NCBI RefSeq assembly: GCF_009834535.1
Contig: NC_045696.1
Location: 91,266,001-91,330,000 of the forward strand
Origin: Camelus ferus
Taxonomy: Eukaryota
Direction of reading: 5' to 3'
Length of the DNA: 64,000 nt
The translations under genes were made by a program, and so were the position numbers. Below, piece after piece: positions 36,090 through 49,464 of this stretch; position 1 is the stretch's first letter, and each line of letters starts with the position of its first letter. The notes under the pieces were generated by a model. That model had not been told where the DNA came from and did not search any database. It was given only the letters and a program-made list of their open reading frames with translations.

Positions 36090-36729
36090 TCAAGGCATCC
36101 TTGTCAAAAATCAGTTGGTCATAAATGTATGGGTTTATTTATGGATTCTCTATCCTATTCCATTAAATCTACATCTATTGTTATGCCAGTACCACACTGT
36201 TACCACACTGTTTTGATTACCGTAGCATTGTCATAACTTTTAAAGTTGGGAAGTGTGAATCCTCCAACTTTGTTCTTCTTTTTCAATACTGTCTTGGCTA
36301 TCCAAGTTCCCTTCCAAGTCCATATGAATTTGGGGATCATCTTTTCCATTTCTGAAAAAAAAAAAACAGGCTGTTGGAACTTTGATAGGGACTTCATTGG
36401 CTCTGTAGAGCACTTTGGATAGAATTGCCTTTTAATAATATTAGGTCTTCCAATCCATAATCATGGATTATGTATTTCCATTTATTTAAGTCTACTTTAA
36501 TTTCTCTTAGCAATGTCTTACAGTGTTCAGAGTACAAGTCTTTCACCTGCTTGGTTAAATTTACTTCTAGGTATATTATGCTTTGGATGCTATTATAAAT
36601 GGAATTGTTTCTTAATTTCCTTTTTGGATAGTACATTGCTGGAGTATAAGAAACACAATTGATTTTCTGTGTTCATCTTGTACCCTGCAACTTTGCTGCA
36701 TTCATTTATTAGCTCAAGTAGTTTTGTGT

Positions 36730-36766
<37 letters not shown>

Positions 36767-37835
36767 CTTTGCAATTTTCTATATATAGGACCATGTCATC
36801 TATGAATAGAGACAGTTTTACTTTTTCCTTTCCAATTTGGATGTCTTTTATTTCCTTTTCTTGCCTAATTGCTCTGGCTAGAACATCCAGTGCAATGTTG
36901 AATAGCAGTGGTGAAAGTAGGCACCATTTTATTGTTCCTCATCTTAGGGAGAATGCTTAGTCTTTCACCATTGAGTATGATCTTAGCTGTGGGGTTTTCA
37001 TAAATGCCCTTTATCATGTTGAGGAAATGGCCTTCTATTCCTAGCTTTCTGAGTGCTTTTATCATGAAAATCCATGTCTGGATTTTCTCAAACATGTTTC
37101 CTGTGTCAGTTGAGATGATAGTGTGGCTTTTTCACTCTATTAATGTGGTGTATTATATTGATTGATTTTCATATGTTTACCCATTCTTGCATTTTTAGGT
37201 TAAACCCTACTTGTCTGTATGTAATCCTTTCTAATATGCTGTTGAATTCAGTTGGCTACTTTTGTTTGTGATTTGTGTATCTATATTCATAAAGGCTATC
37301 ATCTGTAGTTTTGTTTGTTTGCTTGCTTGCTTATAGAGTCTTTATCTGGCCTTGGTTCTGAGGTAATACTGGCCTCATAGAATGATTTTTGGAAGTGTTC
37401 TGTCTTTTCCAATTTTTTGGAAGAGTGTATGATTGGTATTAATTCTGTTTTTAATGTTTGGTAAAACTTACCAATGAAGGTGTATCATCCTGGATTTTTC
37501 TTTGCTGGAAGATTTGATTACTGAGTCAATCTCTTGTTATAGATCTGTTCAGCTTTTTATTTCTTCTAAGTCAGTTTTGGTTATTTGTGTGTTTCTAGTA
37601 ATTTGTCCATTTCATCTAGGCTATTTAATTTGTTGGCCCACAATTATTCATAGCAATTTCTTTTAATCCATTTTATTTTCTAAAAGATTGCTAGTAACAA
37701 CCTGCTTTTATTTTTTATTTCAGTTGTGTCTTCTCTTTTTTCTTGGTGAGTCTAGCCAGAGTTTTGTCAATTTCATTGCTATTTCAAGGAACCAACTTTT
37801 AGTTTCTTAAATCCCTCTATTGTTTTTCTGTTCTT
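36090..37835 (-). mobile_element. L1 ORF2 (reverse transcriptase region) remnant, frameshifted
   Basis: ORF-track fragments FEKIQTWIFMIKALRKLGIEGHFLNMIKGIYENPTAKIILNGE and IPKFIW...IAKTVLKKKNKVGGFTLPNFK...ATVIKTVW match L1 ORF2p; multiple stops and frameshifts. Confidence 0.92.
36725..36765. repeat. (TG)n microsatellite inside L1
   Basis: Read directly. Confidence 0.95.
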
Positions 37836-39394
37836 TAAAAGAACAAGGGATTTTTTGAATGGTATGAAGGACATAGAGGACAAAGAAATCAATCCTAATT
37901 GAGGATTTTAGAAGAGTTTCTTTGAAGGGTTAGAATAGAATTGAGCCATTAAATTCCTAAAAAGCAAAGTTTTATTTCACAACTCTTTCCCAAATTGAGA
38001 AAAAGGCCTAAAACAATTTGCCACTTTTGAATAGCTCCTAGTTTAGGAAAAGTGATGCATTTGGAGAACCATGTGTGTTTGTTTGACCTCTTATTTAGTG
38101 GCTTTTTGGTAGTGGTTAACTTCTAAAATGCAGCACTGGGAAAAAAATCATGCAAGCAGATCAGCTTAACTTTCTGTTAGCTGCTTCCAACTTCCTGATC
38201 CTTGACGGCATGGAGCATGATTGTGGGTTTGGAATCTGAAATGATACAGAGGCCTATCTTATTTATCAAAGTGCTCCATACTTAGGTCCTAAAGAATGTG
38301 TTTTGAAAATGAATACGATCGGGGGATGGTATTCAAAAGAGAGCTTACGGGTAGATCCTAACCACATTTCAGACTCAGAGAGGAAAAACAATTCACACAG
38401 AAGTATCTTAGAAGCTTGTCTTAGAATTTGAATGTTGAAACCTCTTTTTATTGGCCATTCCTTTAAGTTCTTTTAATATATATATTAAAGAAAAGAATAG
38501 AGTCAGGAGAAAAGCAGGTTTTCGAAAAGTTTTAGATCACGTTTTGTTACTGTATTTTTCATGAAATCTACTCTCTCCGACACAAAAGGCAGCAATAAGT
38601 TACTCATCACCTTAAGAGATGCTATCAATTTTATTACTATGAAAATTCAGATCTTACCTATAAAATTGCATAGAATTTTGTTTGATGCTAATAAACAAAA
38701 GCTACATTTTTCTTTTTGAAATCACATTTAGCTTTGAGATACATAAACACACACACACGTGTACACATATGTCACTCTCCATTTTCAAATTCTCAGTAAT
38801 CTTTTATGGCAAAAACAAAACTATTAGAAAACGGAGTCTTCAGTTTATTCTTTTGTAAACTCTCCTGATTTTTCTTTAAATAGTGCAAAAGGAGAAAGCT
38901 CACAGGTCTCACACAACCCGCACATCAAGGTCCGTCCATCTGAGCCAGTAAATGTTAGTCCAATGAGACAAATACCACCCAATATGTCATTTGTAGGCTC
39001 TTACTAATATTTCAGGTGTGTAGCTCTAATACCATTCTGTTGTGCTCAGAAATAATCCAAGGTATAAATTCAACTCACAGAATACACTTGTCTTTAGCTC
39101 AGTTCATCTTTCTGGCTGACTGGCACCCATCTACAAACTAAGCAGCTGCCAGCTTGGGTGGCCCAACAGATTCTGTTGTTGTTGATACTTTATATAATCT
39201 TTAAGAAAGTGGCTAGCAGTTAAAGCATAAACACGTTTCTGTACAGGTCCCTACAGCACTAATTCTGTAGGGATGTGGAGCGGTGATATCAGGGTTTTCC
39301 CAGAGAGTCTAAACAAAACCCAGTTTCGGCAGATTGCAATCATTTTACAAATGAGCAAAGCTATTCAAACATCAAAAAGGTAAATATTACTCAC

Positions 39395-39480
39395 TGGAAA
39401 TTCTATGCTGATCTCCTCACTTGCTTGAAGAGCACACGTTAACAGCTTTCTCAGACCATACGGAAAGAATGAACTGAAGT
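39395..39480 (-). other. Candidate 86-nt exon of an unidentified transcript
   Basis: Minus strand: branch-like CTAAC (A at -29), acceptor GTCTTGCATTCAACAG, donor CCA|GTGAGT; one open frame FSSFFPYGLRKLLTCALQASEEISIEFP. No protein recognised. Confidence 0.3.
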
Positions 39481-39926
39481 CTGTTGAATGCAAGACACTG
39501 ATTGAAAGTTAGAAGTATGTACATATCTTACAAAGAATTTCCATAGCAAAAAATATTTCACATCTTGTTCTTCACCTGAGCTGTGCTCGTCAAGTTCTTT
39601 ATTGCACACCATGACCCTTTTCTCTCACAGAATCTGAAATTCATAAAAGGGTATAGGTTTGAGATCTGATGGTGTCTGATCACCATCTACAAATTGCCGG
39701 GTACACAGTTCTCAATTCCAGATGATGCAGGCAAGCGTGGTAAACACTTCTACTCCAGCAGTCAGTGATCCAGGTTGAGGGCCATGGTCTGGATAAGGGA
39801 TGCATCCAGACAGGTTTCCATTTTTCTTCATCTCAAGGCATCTCAGTACGTGCCTCATCACCACCACACAAGGTTCCGGGCTAGCAATTCTGGTTCTTGA
39901 AAGAGACATAAATGTACAATACATAC

Positions 39927-39967
39927 CTGAAAGGGTCATTCTCTGGCTTGGTGCTACTGGGCTTTAT
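39927..39967 (-). other. Candidate 41-nt exon containing an ATG
   Basis: Minus strand: modest acceptor TTGTATGGCTTTAG, strong donor CAG|GTATGT, ATG at 39939-39937. Confidence 0.25.
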
Positions 39968-40214
39968 CTAAAGCCATACAAGTGGGGTGGCTTCCCCAGG
40001 ACCCACCTTGGGGAGGAGAGGTGTTCAGGGACCAAGATCTGGAGCAAAGTGCCCTCTGGTAACCCAGAAACAGGCACTGATGGGACCAGGAATCCCAGGG
40101 TACATCGCCAAGGAGGGCTCCAGCTCACACCCTCCTCCTTCTTGAACATTTTCTGCTACCAGCTTTAGTGTCTTATCCTTCTCTCCTAAAATCTGTTTTG
40201 AGGACACAATACCA

Positions 40215-40462
40215 GAGAGCTGAAGCTGGATAATGTTCTGGGATCTGGTTGTAAAAGATTTTTAATTTGTTGCCAATATTTAAAAACAAAGAGATTTCAC
40301 ATAAAAATGGAGACTTTGGGCTTCTCTTGGAAATGGGAAAATTCAGCTACTGAAACAGTTTTCTCCATGACAGTGACAATGGCTGAAGCTGAGGCACGGT
40401 TTCACCTCCTAAGATGGAACAAGAACCCTGGGGACCTGTGAGCTTTTGAGTTGGCAGCTCTG
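40215..40462. mobile_element. hAT-Charlie element, MER102-like
   Basis: GAGATTTCACATAAAAATGGAGACTTTGGGCTTCTCTTG...ACAATGGCTGAAGCTGAG...TTTGAGTTGGCAGCTCTG. Confidence 0.7.
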
Positions 40463-41529
40463 GCTCTAGTTTCCCCACAACTTTTAAAACGTGGTCACAG
40501 ACTCTAGACCATGAGTGAGAGCAATCTGTTAGGAAGGTATTTCTTTAGTGTGTGTCTTGGTAGAATTGGTCCATTATGAGTCTCTAGTCTCCTGTTCACC
40601 TTGTTTGCTCACTTTTAAAACAAAACTTTGCTATTTGCTGGAGGAGCATTTTATAAAGCTTTTTTCTATTCAGTTCATTAAAGCCATTTGTTAAAAGGTA
40701 GCAGATACCTTCCCTGCACTGCTAATTTCTCTCTTTTCCCCAGAAGCTTTAGCAATCTCGGTTTCCTCACCCTGCAAACCTGAACAGTAATGCTTATCCA
40801 CCGATGGGAAGGTTATCAAGAGAACTCACTCATACATACATTCATGCTTCCATTTCCAGTTAGTAAGTCACCTCTCACTTGGTGCTAAGCGCACCAGGCC
40901 AGGGGCTGGGTTAGACAAGACATCTGTATGCAGGTACTGAGCATTTAGAACCATTCCTGTCTGGCATAGAGATGCTGCAGTCATCATCCTTGGAGTCCAG
41001 ACCCTGGGCCTCAATTTAGTGGGAAGTCACCCCAGCCCTGTATGGAGAGAGAATCTAAAAGGAACAGTAATGGAAAAAGCTGGAAGAGGCTTCTTACCCT
41101 CAGAACAACAGTAACTCGTCTCTCTACCCTCCTTCAGTCACGATCAGTTTCCACTTTTCCCTCCAGCAACTCTACTCATCCTTCCATTCAAGACTGAAAC
41201 AGCCAGAGAGCAGGCTCTGTAACTGACTCCCTGTGGCTCTCTCTGCTGAATGAGGTCATGTTCACCCCTTACCAGGAGTCCAGCCTGTATCCACACAGAG
41301 CTAAATCCCTCCTGGGTGGACTCTCTCTTCCTCTGCTTCTTATTATACTTCAGCCATTCCATTCCTTCCTGGAGCTATTTTCAGAGCCTCACTTCCCCTC
41401 AGCTAGCTTGTAAGTGGTAGGACAGAACTCAGGCAGAGACCTTCTACTCCCAGAATCTGTGCTCCAGCTAAACCACATCTTTTCTCCACACTAGCATGTA
41501 AGCCCTGCACAGAAGGGACAACCTTGGTC

Positions 41530-41740
41530 TGCTGTCATGCAGAGACACCACTGACTTTTTGAATGGGACAGTTCTTCATAGAGTCAGGCTATCTCGCGTA
41601 TCATAGAACATCAGCATCCCGGGCCACAAAAGGTTAATTTGGGTAGTACCCCCCAGCGTTTGCGACAATCCAAAGTGACCATGCATTTCCAAATGGAGGT
41701 GGGGGAGATGAGGCTACATGGGTGGGGCAGTCCTCATTAA
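41530..41740 (-). mobile_element. MER20-like hAT element
   Basis: CAGCATCCCGGGCC...GTAGTACCCCCCAG...GCGACAATCCAAAG...CATTTCCAAATG resembles reverse MER20. Confidence 0.6.
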
Positions 41741-41899
41741 GTTTCAGTATTTCAGTTGAATTTGGCCTCCACATTTTCCTCCTGTTATACTTAACAGTTC
41801 CTGACTTAGTAACAGGTATCCATAATTATAGACAAAGCAAATACCCAAGAAAATTGGGTAGTAATTTTTAAGACAGAGAATGTTTTCAAGGTGTATAGT

Positions 41900-42510
41900 G
41901 CACTCCACCACTGTGACCTCAGGTAAGTTGCTTAAATTCTCTACACATCAGTTTCCTCAACTGCAAAATGGAGATATTAAGGGTCCTCAAGGATGATTCT
42001 TGTTCCCCTTCCATTGTATAGAATTTTTCTGTGAAGCGGCTTCCTGGCCAGGAACTATATTTCTTGGCCCTCATTGTATCTAGGTGGGGCTATGTGGTTA
42101 GCTCAATGAAATGTAAGTAGAAGTGATGTGTGTTGCTTTCTGTTAATGTGGTTTGGAAGTAGGCACACCTTCTGTACCTGTTTCCTCATTTGCTAGCTTA
42201 TTATCAGTGTCCAGAACATCCTAGGAAGCCACACGTTGGAAATGAAAAGCAACAATTTGGAAAGAGCCTGGGTCCCCTGGGCCTCCATTTGGAGGAGAAC
42301 TGCCTGCCAATCAGGAATACTTACACTGCACTTGGATGAATAAAGATGCTTCTATTGTGTCTGAGCTGCTCTACATTTTGGTGTTTCTTAGAGCAGGTAG
42401 CATTGCCTTAACTAATACAAATATTTACCTCCTCCTTAAATGATATAGAGCACTAAGGAAAGCCCGTGGTGTATAGTAAACATTCAATAAATGCTAACAA
42501 TGGTTATTAA
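41900..42510 (+). mobile_element. MIR SINE split by an MLT1 insertion
   Basis: CTGTGACCTCAGGTAAGTTGCTTAA...CAGTTTCCTCAACTGCAAAATGGAGAT before 41980; TATAGTAAACATTCAATAAATGCTAAC after 42420. Confidence 0.7.
41980..42419 (+). mobile_element. MaLR solo LTR, MLT1I/J-like
   Basis: TAGGTGGGGCTATGTG...GTAAGTAGAAGTGATGTGTG...GGAAAGAGCCTGGGTCCC...CTTAACTAATACA terminus. Confidence 0.8.
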
Positions 42511-42589
42511 AATTGTTATTGTCTCTTTCTATTACTTAGTGGAGCCAAAGGCACTAAAGTCTCCTCCATTATTTGGAGAAATTAACTGT

Positions 42590-43000
42590 GTAGATGCTTT
42601 TGAGTACAACAGAAAAGTCAATCCAAAAATGGCTCAAATGATGATAGCACATAATATCTCACTTTGTAAGTTCAGGGCCAATGTTTTCAGGATTGGCTGG
42701 ACTGTGTTGTCACAGACTCTAGTGCTGTCCATCTTTTTGCCCTGTCATCTTTGTGTATGGTTATGTCTCTCCTCATGGGTGCAAGATGGCTGCCATAGCT
42801 CCAGAGATCACATGCAGACAGGACAATGCCCTGTGAAGAAACAGGCTTTCCCTTTAATTGGTGAAGAAGACCCTTTTCCCAGAAGTCCCCAAACTCTTTC
42901 TCTAGGATTAGCTTATGTGCCCTTGACAAAACTAGTCGTTGGCAAAGAGAATGAAACCATCATTATTGATCACCTTCTCTGAGCATATGAAAGGATAAGC
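42590..43000 (-). mobile_element. MaLR LTR fragment, MLT1K/L-like
   Basis: CTCATGGGTGCAAGATGGCTGCCATAGCTCCAGAGATCACAT...TTTCCCAGAAGTCCCC. Confidence 0.65.
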
Positions 43001-43379
43001 AGCTAAGATTAATTGAGGAATTTGTAGCAGATGCTGTGGGGGTCATTATTTCTCCAAAAGGAATGTTTTATACTTTCAACACAAGGCTATTCTACTAATC
43101 TTGCAAGCATCCTTATTCATATCTACTGCTATACCTTTGCTCATATTAGTCATGCCCCTGGAATGCTGTCTGTTCTTATTTTGTATCCAGCATTCAAGTG
43201 CCTCCTCAAATTCGACTTCTACAAAGCATTCTCTTAGCATGACTTTCCTCTTCTTGGAGCTTCTATAGCTCATATAGTCAGTATCACAATTTGGTAGATA
43301 CTAAATTATATTACTATATTATTATGTTACATATATTTTGTTAGTTTATGGCATATTACTATAGGCTCATTGTTTAATT

Positions 43380-43500
43380 GTTTGATGTATAAATTTATTT
43401 GCTCAAAAATTGTTTTTTGAGCACTCACTGTATGCCAGGCATTGGGGAAACAGAGATGAGTAAGTCCTAGTCCTTGCCTCCAAGTTCCTTACAGCAGTAG
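43380..43500 (-). mobile_element. L2 3' end
   Basis: TTTGAGCACTCACTGTATGCCAGGCATTGGGGAAACAGAGATGAGTAAG...CCTTGCCTCCAAG. Confidence 0.7.
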
Positions 43501-44899
43501 AAAAACCCATACCTTAGATGCCTCTTGTGTCTTCCATGTTGATCGACCCAGAGCCAAACATAAAGTGAACATTAAAAATGTACCTGTAATAATATACCCA
43601 GGGGTATATTTGGAGAACAAACAGTCACCACCACACAAACCCAATTTGTACAGTGCTCACCCATGATTGTACCTCAGTCCTCACTCTTAATCACTGAAAT
43701 AACCTCAAGTGGAAAAACCTCATCACCACAGTTGCATCATGAATTTAAAAATGGCAGTTTCCCAGCAGGCTGAGGGACTCTCAGACATTCTGAAAATCAA
43801 GTGTAATCATGTATTTCCTTCCCCAGAAGAATGTGTCACCATTTGTCTCTTCTCTGTAAAGAGATCCAAGGCATTAAATCACAAAGGAGAGAAGAGACAG
43901 GCAGAAGAGTGGATTTAGAAAATCACTTAGTAGTTGCCTTAGGACTTGCACAGAGAATATACAAGATGAAAGAAAGTGAAGACACAATCGCTTCTAATAG
44001 TTCCTTGGAAAAACTCCATCCCCAAATGTCCTTCATTCTTGTTGCTATTTGTTGAAGGTTTGCAAAGCTGACTAAGAGTGTTTTATGCTAATTGGCTTTA
44101 TCTGACATCCCTTTATCATTTGAAATTAATAGACAGTCTCATAGATACAAGGTTAATGGAATATCTTCTCCACCTCAGATTTGCAACTTGGCGTTTTCCC
44201 CAAAACACCACTTTCATCTTTATATAAGCGATCGTGTCTATAAAGTCTTCTGAAAAAGGCATGCTGTCGAATCCCATCAACCCATTTGTGAAACGTTCCA
44301 GCGGGAAATTGTTACACTGTCATTGTAGAAGCTGTTTGCTCTTGGCATGCTCTTAAATATCCAATGGATTTGACATCCTCTTAGCATGGTGGGGAGCGAG
44401 CAGCCTGACGTGCCAAGCCCTAAGCAACAGCTGGCCCCATAGCAAAGCCCCCTCTTCTTCAGCTCTTCGGAATGATGCCATCTGAGAAAAGGAACACTTA
44501 ATGTGCAGTAGAACCAAACTCCACCCTAAGGTGCAGAGATGATAGAGGTCTTCTCTCCTGTCCTCCTGCTTCTCCCTTTCTAGGAATACAGGCTGAAGTG
44601 ACACTTAGAAAGGAAGTATGAAAATGTTTCAATATTGGAAAGACTTTCAGCTAAAGGAAAGCTTCTGCGTGTATCTGTGAGGGATGAGAGAAGAGGAGAG
44701 GAAATATATAGGGTGACTGTTTTAGCCTTTAGGGAAAAGCAGGTTTATTTCTACTTGTCCAACTCAGGTCACCCAAGGTAAAGGAGAATTGAAGAAGGCA
44801 CATTGCATGCAGAGTCCACAATGATAACTTGGCGTGCTTGATGCTCCCAGAGCTCCAAGGGCTCCAAAGGCTTAAACAGTTTTATGTGAGCATTTAAGA

Positions 44900-46690
44900 C
44901 GTGCAAAAAGGTATAAAGAATAAAACAAAATGAATCGAAACCCAATATATGTTGTATATACATGTCCCATCTACTCCCCCTGCATCCCACCCCGAAAGTA
45001 ATAACTATCCTAAATTTGTTGTTTACCACTGCATGCTTTCCAGGCCTTTGCTACATACTAATTACTTTGCATGTTTTTAAATCTTATTTACATCTGATAC
45101 AGATGTAAATAGAAACAAATAGATGTAACAGAAAAACACAAAATGAAAGCAGCTTAAACAGAATACACGTTTATTCTTCTATCACATACAGAGAAGCTGG
45201 AGATGGGCCATCAGGGCTGATCTAGGGATACCTAGGAATGTAGTTTCATCCTAGCTCATGGCTTCCATTTTCTGCATCACTTTATAATCTAAAGTTAGCT
45301 ACTGAAGTTTCAGCCATTACATTCACACTGCTGACTAGAAGAAGGGAAAAAGGCAGAAAGACCAAAAAAAAAAAAAAAAAAAAATCATTAGCAACTGAGC
45401 ACAACACCTTTAAAAGCTCCCGGAAATCCTAGTCATCACTTCCACTTACAGCTCATTGGCCAGAACTAAATCACATGACCACACCAAGTTGAAAGGTCCC
45501 CTTTATTTTGGGAAGCAATTTGCCAAGTAGTATTGGTGCTCTGTAACGGGGAAGGAAGCAAGAGTGGCTTATCAGCTGTAGTCTCTGTAAAGATTCAAGG
45601 TCTATGTACATTTGTTTCCACTTAATTGCATTTGTGAGATTCTTCTGCATTGAAAGTTATAGCTCTGATTCGTTATTTTTCACTGCTGTATACTACTTCA
45701 TTTGTGACTGTTCTCCGACCTGTTTACCCAGTATCCTATTTATGTGTTTCTTTTAATTCTCTTTTTGGGTTGGTGAAAACAAGAGTTTATTGAAATGATG
45801 CTACGAACATTCTTGTATGTCTCCTGGTACATACATGTGAGTGTTTCTCTAGGGCTCTTAAAAGGGAATGGAATTGCTGGGTATGCACTTCTTCAACTTT
45901 GCAAGTTATTACCAAATTTTTCCCAAAGGTGATAGCACCATTTTTTTGACACCAGGCAAAGGTTTCCCTCAAACTCTGTCTTCTCAACAACCTTTGGTAT
46001 TTTCAGACTTTTTAGATCTTTGCCTTTAATGAGTGTAAAATAACTTCCCACTGTGGCTCTCTTTTGCATTTTCTTGGATATTAATGTAGATGAGTGTCTT
46101 TCATGTGTTTTTTGACCATCCATGTTTCATCTTCTGTAAACTGTCCATCTCTTTTGTCCATTTTTCAAACATCTCGTTGTTTGCTTTTTTTTCTTTTTGG
46201 TTCTTTATATAGTCTGGCTATATATGTGTGTGTTGCCAGTTATGTGTGTTGAAGATATTTTTCTCCCAGCTGGCATTTGCCCTTTCACTTACTCTGCAAT
46301 ATCTTTTGATTAACAGAAGTTTGAAATTGCAGTGTAGATGAATTTATCAAACTATTTATAGTTTTTATATTAAATTTTCTACGCCAACTTCAAAACATTT
46401 ATCTACTTTCACACTTTAATCTTCACTTTACTTATACATAAATTTCATTTTGTGAGATAAAATTCCAGTTTTCCTTTTTACCATTTGACTAGCTAATCAT
46501 TAGTCCTAACACCACTTATTAAGTAGTTTTTATTTTCCTCATTGATCTGCAATTCCAGGCATGAAATAATATTGTTTCCAGGTATTGATGAGACTTTTTT
46601 TTTGCTTTATCATTCTTTTTTTACTCATTTGCTTATCTATAATTCTGTCATTAAGACACTGTCTCTCAATTAACACAGCTTTAATCATGA
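44900..46690 (-). mobile_element. Old L1 (L1ME-like), interrupted by an MLT1 at ~45110-45560
   Basis: GTAATAACTATCCTAAATTTG...; GCTACGAACATTCTTGTATGTCTCCTGGTACATACATGTGAGTGTTTCTCTAGGG...GGAATTGCTGGGTA... Confidence 0.7.
45110..45560 (-). mobile_element. MaLR LTR, MLT1J/K-like
   Basis: GCAGCTTAAACAG...CACTTCCACTTACAGCTCATTGGCCAGAACTAAATCACATGACCACACC. Confidence 0.7.
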
Positions 46691-46779
46691 AGTTAGTGTG
46701 GGATTAAGAGTGATGGATAAGCAAACCAATGAAACAGAATGAAAGAACCAGTGTTTTCCTGTGTTCTTTGTTCTTTTAT

Positions 46780-46876
46780 GTGATGGTCAGTCAGGTGCAG
46801 CCACAAGAGGAGACACAAGAGAGATTCAAGAAAATAAAGTCTGTTATACTCACAGGTCCTACAGAGAGGGTCACAA
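46780..46876 (-). mobile_element. ERVL LTR fragment, MER74-like
   Basis: TGATGGTCAGTCAGGTGCAGCC...TTATACTCACAGGTCCTACAGAGAGGG. Confidence 0.5.
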
Positions 46877-47319
46877 CAGCTCTCTCCTCTCTGGTCTTCA
46901 AGCTGCATGGCCTAGCCACCTTGGTCTCTCTGGACTGTAGCTCCTTCTCCTGAACTCAGAGAGTTCACCTTTCTCCCCTTGGGTGTGCATATCTGCAAAC
47001 CTGGTGTGGAAACCCTGTCAAAGCAATAGTCTGGGGCAAGCAGAGGGCTCATCTCATTTGTTTTTCATATTTCAGGAATGACTATCCTACACTGATTGAT
47101 AGCCAATGTCACAGAAACCAATTTTCATGTATGTTTTCCATTTTTTGGTTTTTCAAGTATAGGATAAATCTGTCCTTGTTACTCCACTGAATTCACCACT
47201 GAACACAAGGGGTGATAGCAGATCTTCCTGTCTCATTCCTGATTTCAAAGAGAATTTTTCAAACATTTCACTAGTTTGAGATTTGCTGTAAGTTTTCATG
47301 TGGTCCTCCCCCCACCCCA

Positions 47320-47500
47320 GTTTAAATATTTACTGAACATTTGCAATATGAAAGGAGCTGTGCGAGGCTCTATGAAGTAGACAAAGATATACAAGACATG
47401 ACTCCTACCTCAAGAAACTGACAGGCTCATTAGTGATATGAAATACAAATGTAATTTTAATACAGAGCAGACTGAAAAGTGACAAATGAAAGATACAAAT
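47320..47500 (-). mobile_element. L2 fragment
   Basis: AAATATTTACTGAACATTTGCAATATG...AAGACATGACTCCTACCTCAAGAAACTGACAG. Confidence 0.6.
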
Positions 47501-49464
47501 CAAGAGTTTAGATGATGCATCATTTCCTTGCAAGATTCAACTCAATAAATAAATTCTGAATACCTACTCTGTGCAAAGATTAAGGAAGGCTCTATAAAGA
47601 GACTATATAAATCTTAGAAATGTTTCTAAAAATTTCTAAAAATTAAATGAATAAACGCTTAGGTTAGTAGTAAGTTTGTAGTTAGGACTTTCACTGTTTA
47701 ATGATTTAGCTTTTAAAACCCCAAGGTTTTAAGAAAAGGAAAAGGCTAATTTTATCCCCATGACAGTGCTAAAGTCTAAAATGTACAGTACCCACAAAAA
47801 GACTATCTTATATGTCAACACAATAGAAAATGTTGTTTTAGGAAAGAAAGATCAGCTAAAAAGATACATTTTAGACATAAATTTAAAAAATAGAGATGTA
47901 GAGGTTATAATGCTATCTTTAGAGAAATAGGGTCAAAAAATACTGCCCATGAGTAATTGCTTTTAGTGCCTTTAGAACTTGATATTTTTGTAATTTTGTA
48001 GTTAAATTTAATTCAATAAGCTGCAAGGGGGAAAATCATCTTCTAGAACTTGGATAAAGCCATTTTTTGGTATGTTTTTTCTTACTGTAAGTAGTTAGAG
48101 ATAAAAATATGATTGTACCCTCTTCTAAGTATCGTAAAAAGAAGTAAATATTAATTTTCCTAAATCATTTGTCCTTGGCAATGTTACATATACACTACCA
48201 CATTAAAAAAAAAAAAAGACTTCTCCCAACATTTTCCCATACAAAACATACATCTGTATTATTACTGTTAATATTTTGTAGCTAAAATCTTGTCTGGCTC
48301 AGTTGTGTGTGAAAAGTCAGAAAGAGCAGAACCTAATTCTCTGGGGTACAGTGTAATGATGCTAGAGAAAAAAATAAAAGAATGACAGGAATGATCAATG
48401 GTTTCCCATGCCAGTAAGACGAAGAAAGATGTCTGAGAAGTACCCATTCAGTTGAGTCAGTAGGAAGTCCCCAGTGACTTAATGGGACCATTTCTGGTGA
48501 AGTGACGGCAGAGGAAGGCCCTTATGTGAAAGATGAGGGGAAGCTGAGGGAAAGGGGAGTGAGTACAGACAGCTCTTTCCAGCAGTGAGTCTGCTGCTGT
48601 GTCTCAAACTCCCTCAGGGGAGTTGGAGTCCCAATACCAATGGCTCCCAAATACTAATTGTTGATCCCATACAGATGCATAACAGAATTTTCACTGGTCC
48701 AAATTGAAGTGAGAAAGATACAGACTATGTAGGAAGTTGTTCATAAAACTACATTTATTCAGTTTAAGGAGTTGGCTCTCGCTCTGAGATAATGATCTCC
48801 CAAAGTATACCCCATCTCTTGGTGGAGGTGGGGAGAGTGTGGGAAGACACCCTCTCCTCTATGAAAGTAGATAGAAATGTTTTAGTTATGACTTCTTTTT
48901 TGTAAAAATGTTCTAACTCAGTAAAATTTTAAAAGTAAGTAGTTGTACTTTAGTTTTATTTCAGTTTGTTGTTTTGTTTATTTACGGGCCCAGGATTCTA
49001 AAAGACTTGGAATCAGATTCCTTTACCTGGAAGAGAATCTGCCCTGGACAGACCATCACCACAGCCAGCCCACCTGTGATACCCAGGCTTCCTCTCAAGT
49101 GCCTGTCTTCCTGCTCCCCAAATCTGCTTCCTCAGCTGCCGTGCCCTTGGGAACATGCAAGGTCCAACACGGAGGGCCACTTCCTTTTCTTCTCAGCCTG
49201 ACAGCAGGGAGCAGGGACACATAAGAGTGTTTAAAGGCACCTCTTTAGTTGTAGGATTGCTAACTACCGACTCTGGGCTGCTCAGAGCTCAGCAGTCTTG
49301 ACTGGGGCATTGGTCTACAGCATCTGTGCCAGGTGTGGCAGTGCTTTTACAGTCATGTGTTATGGGCACTGAACTCTTACAACATTCATGCTATTATCAG
49401 TTTGGTAGACCCTTTTTGTCCCTTCTCTCTTGCTAGATGATGGTGATGATGATTGGAGTTCCAC

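Noticed and set aside
36200..37095. Reverse-transcriptase-like ORFs as a novel RT system
   Set aside because: Ordinary frameshifted L1 ORF2 remnants.
38645..38680. Minus-strand TTTTATAG|GTAAGA as a recursive splice site
   Set aside because: Weak polypyrimidine tract and no known host transcript; expected by chance.
42491..42982. 163-aa plus ORF
   Set aside because: Lies across MIR and MLT1 repeat sequence.
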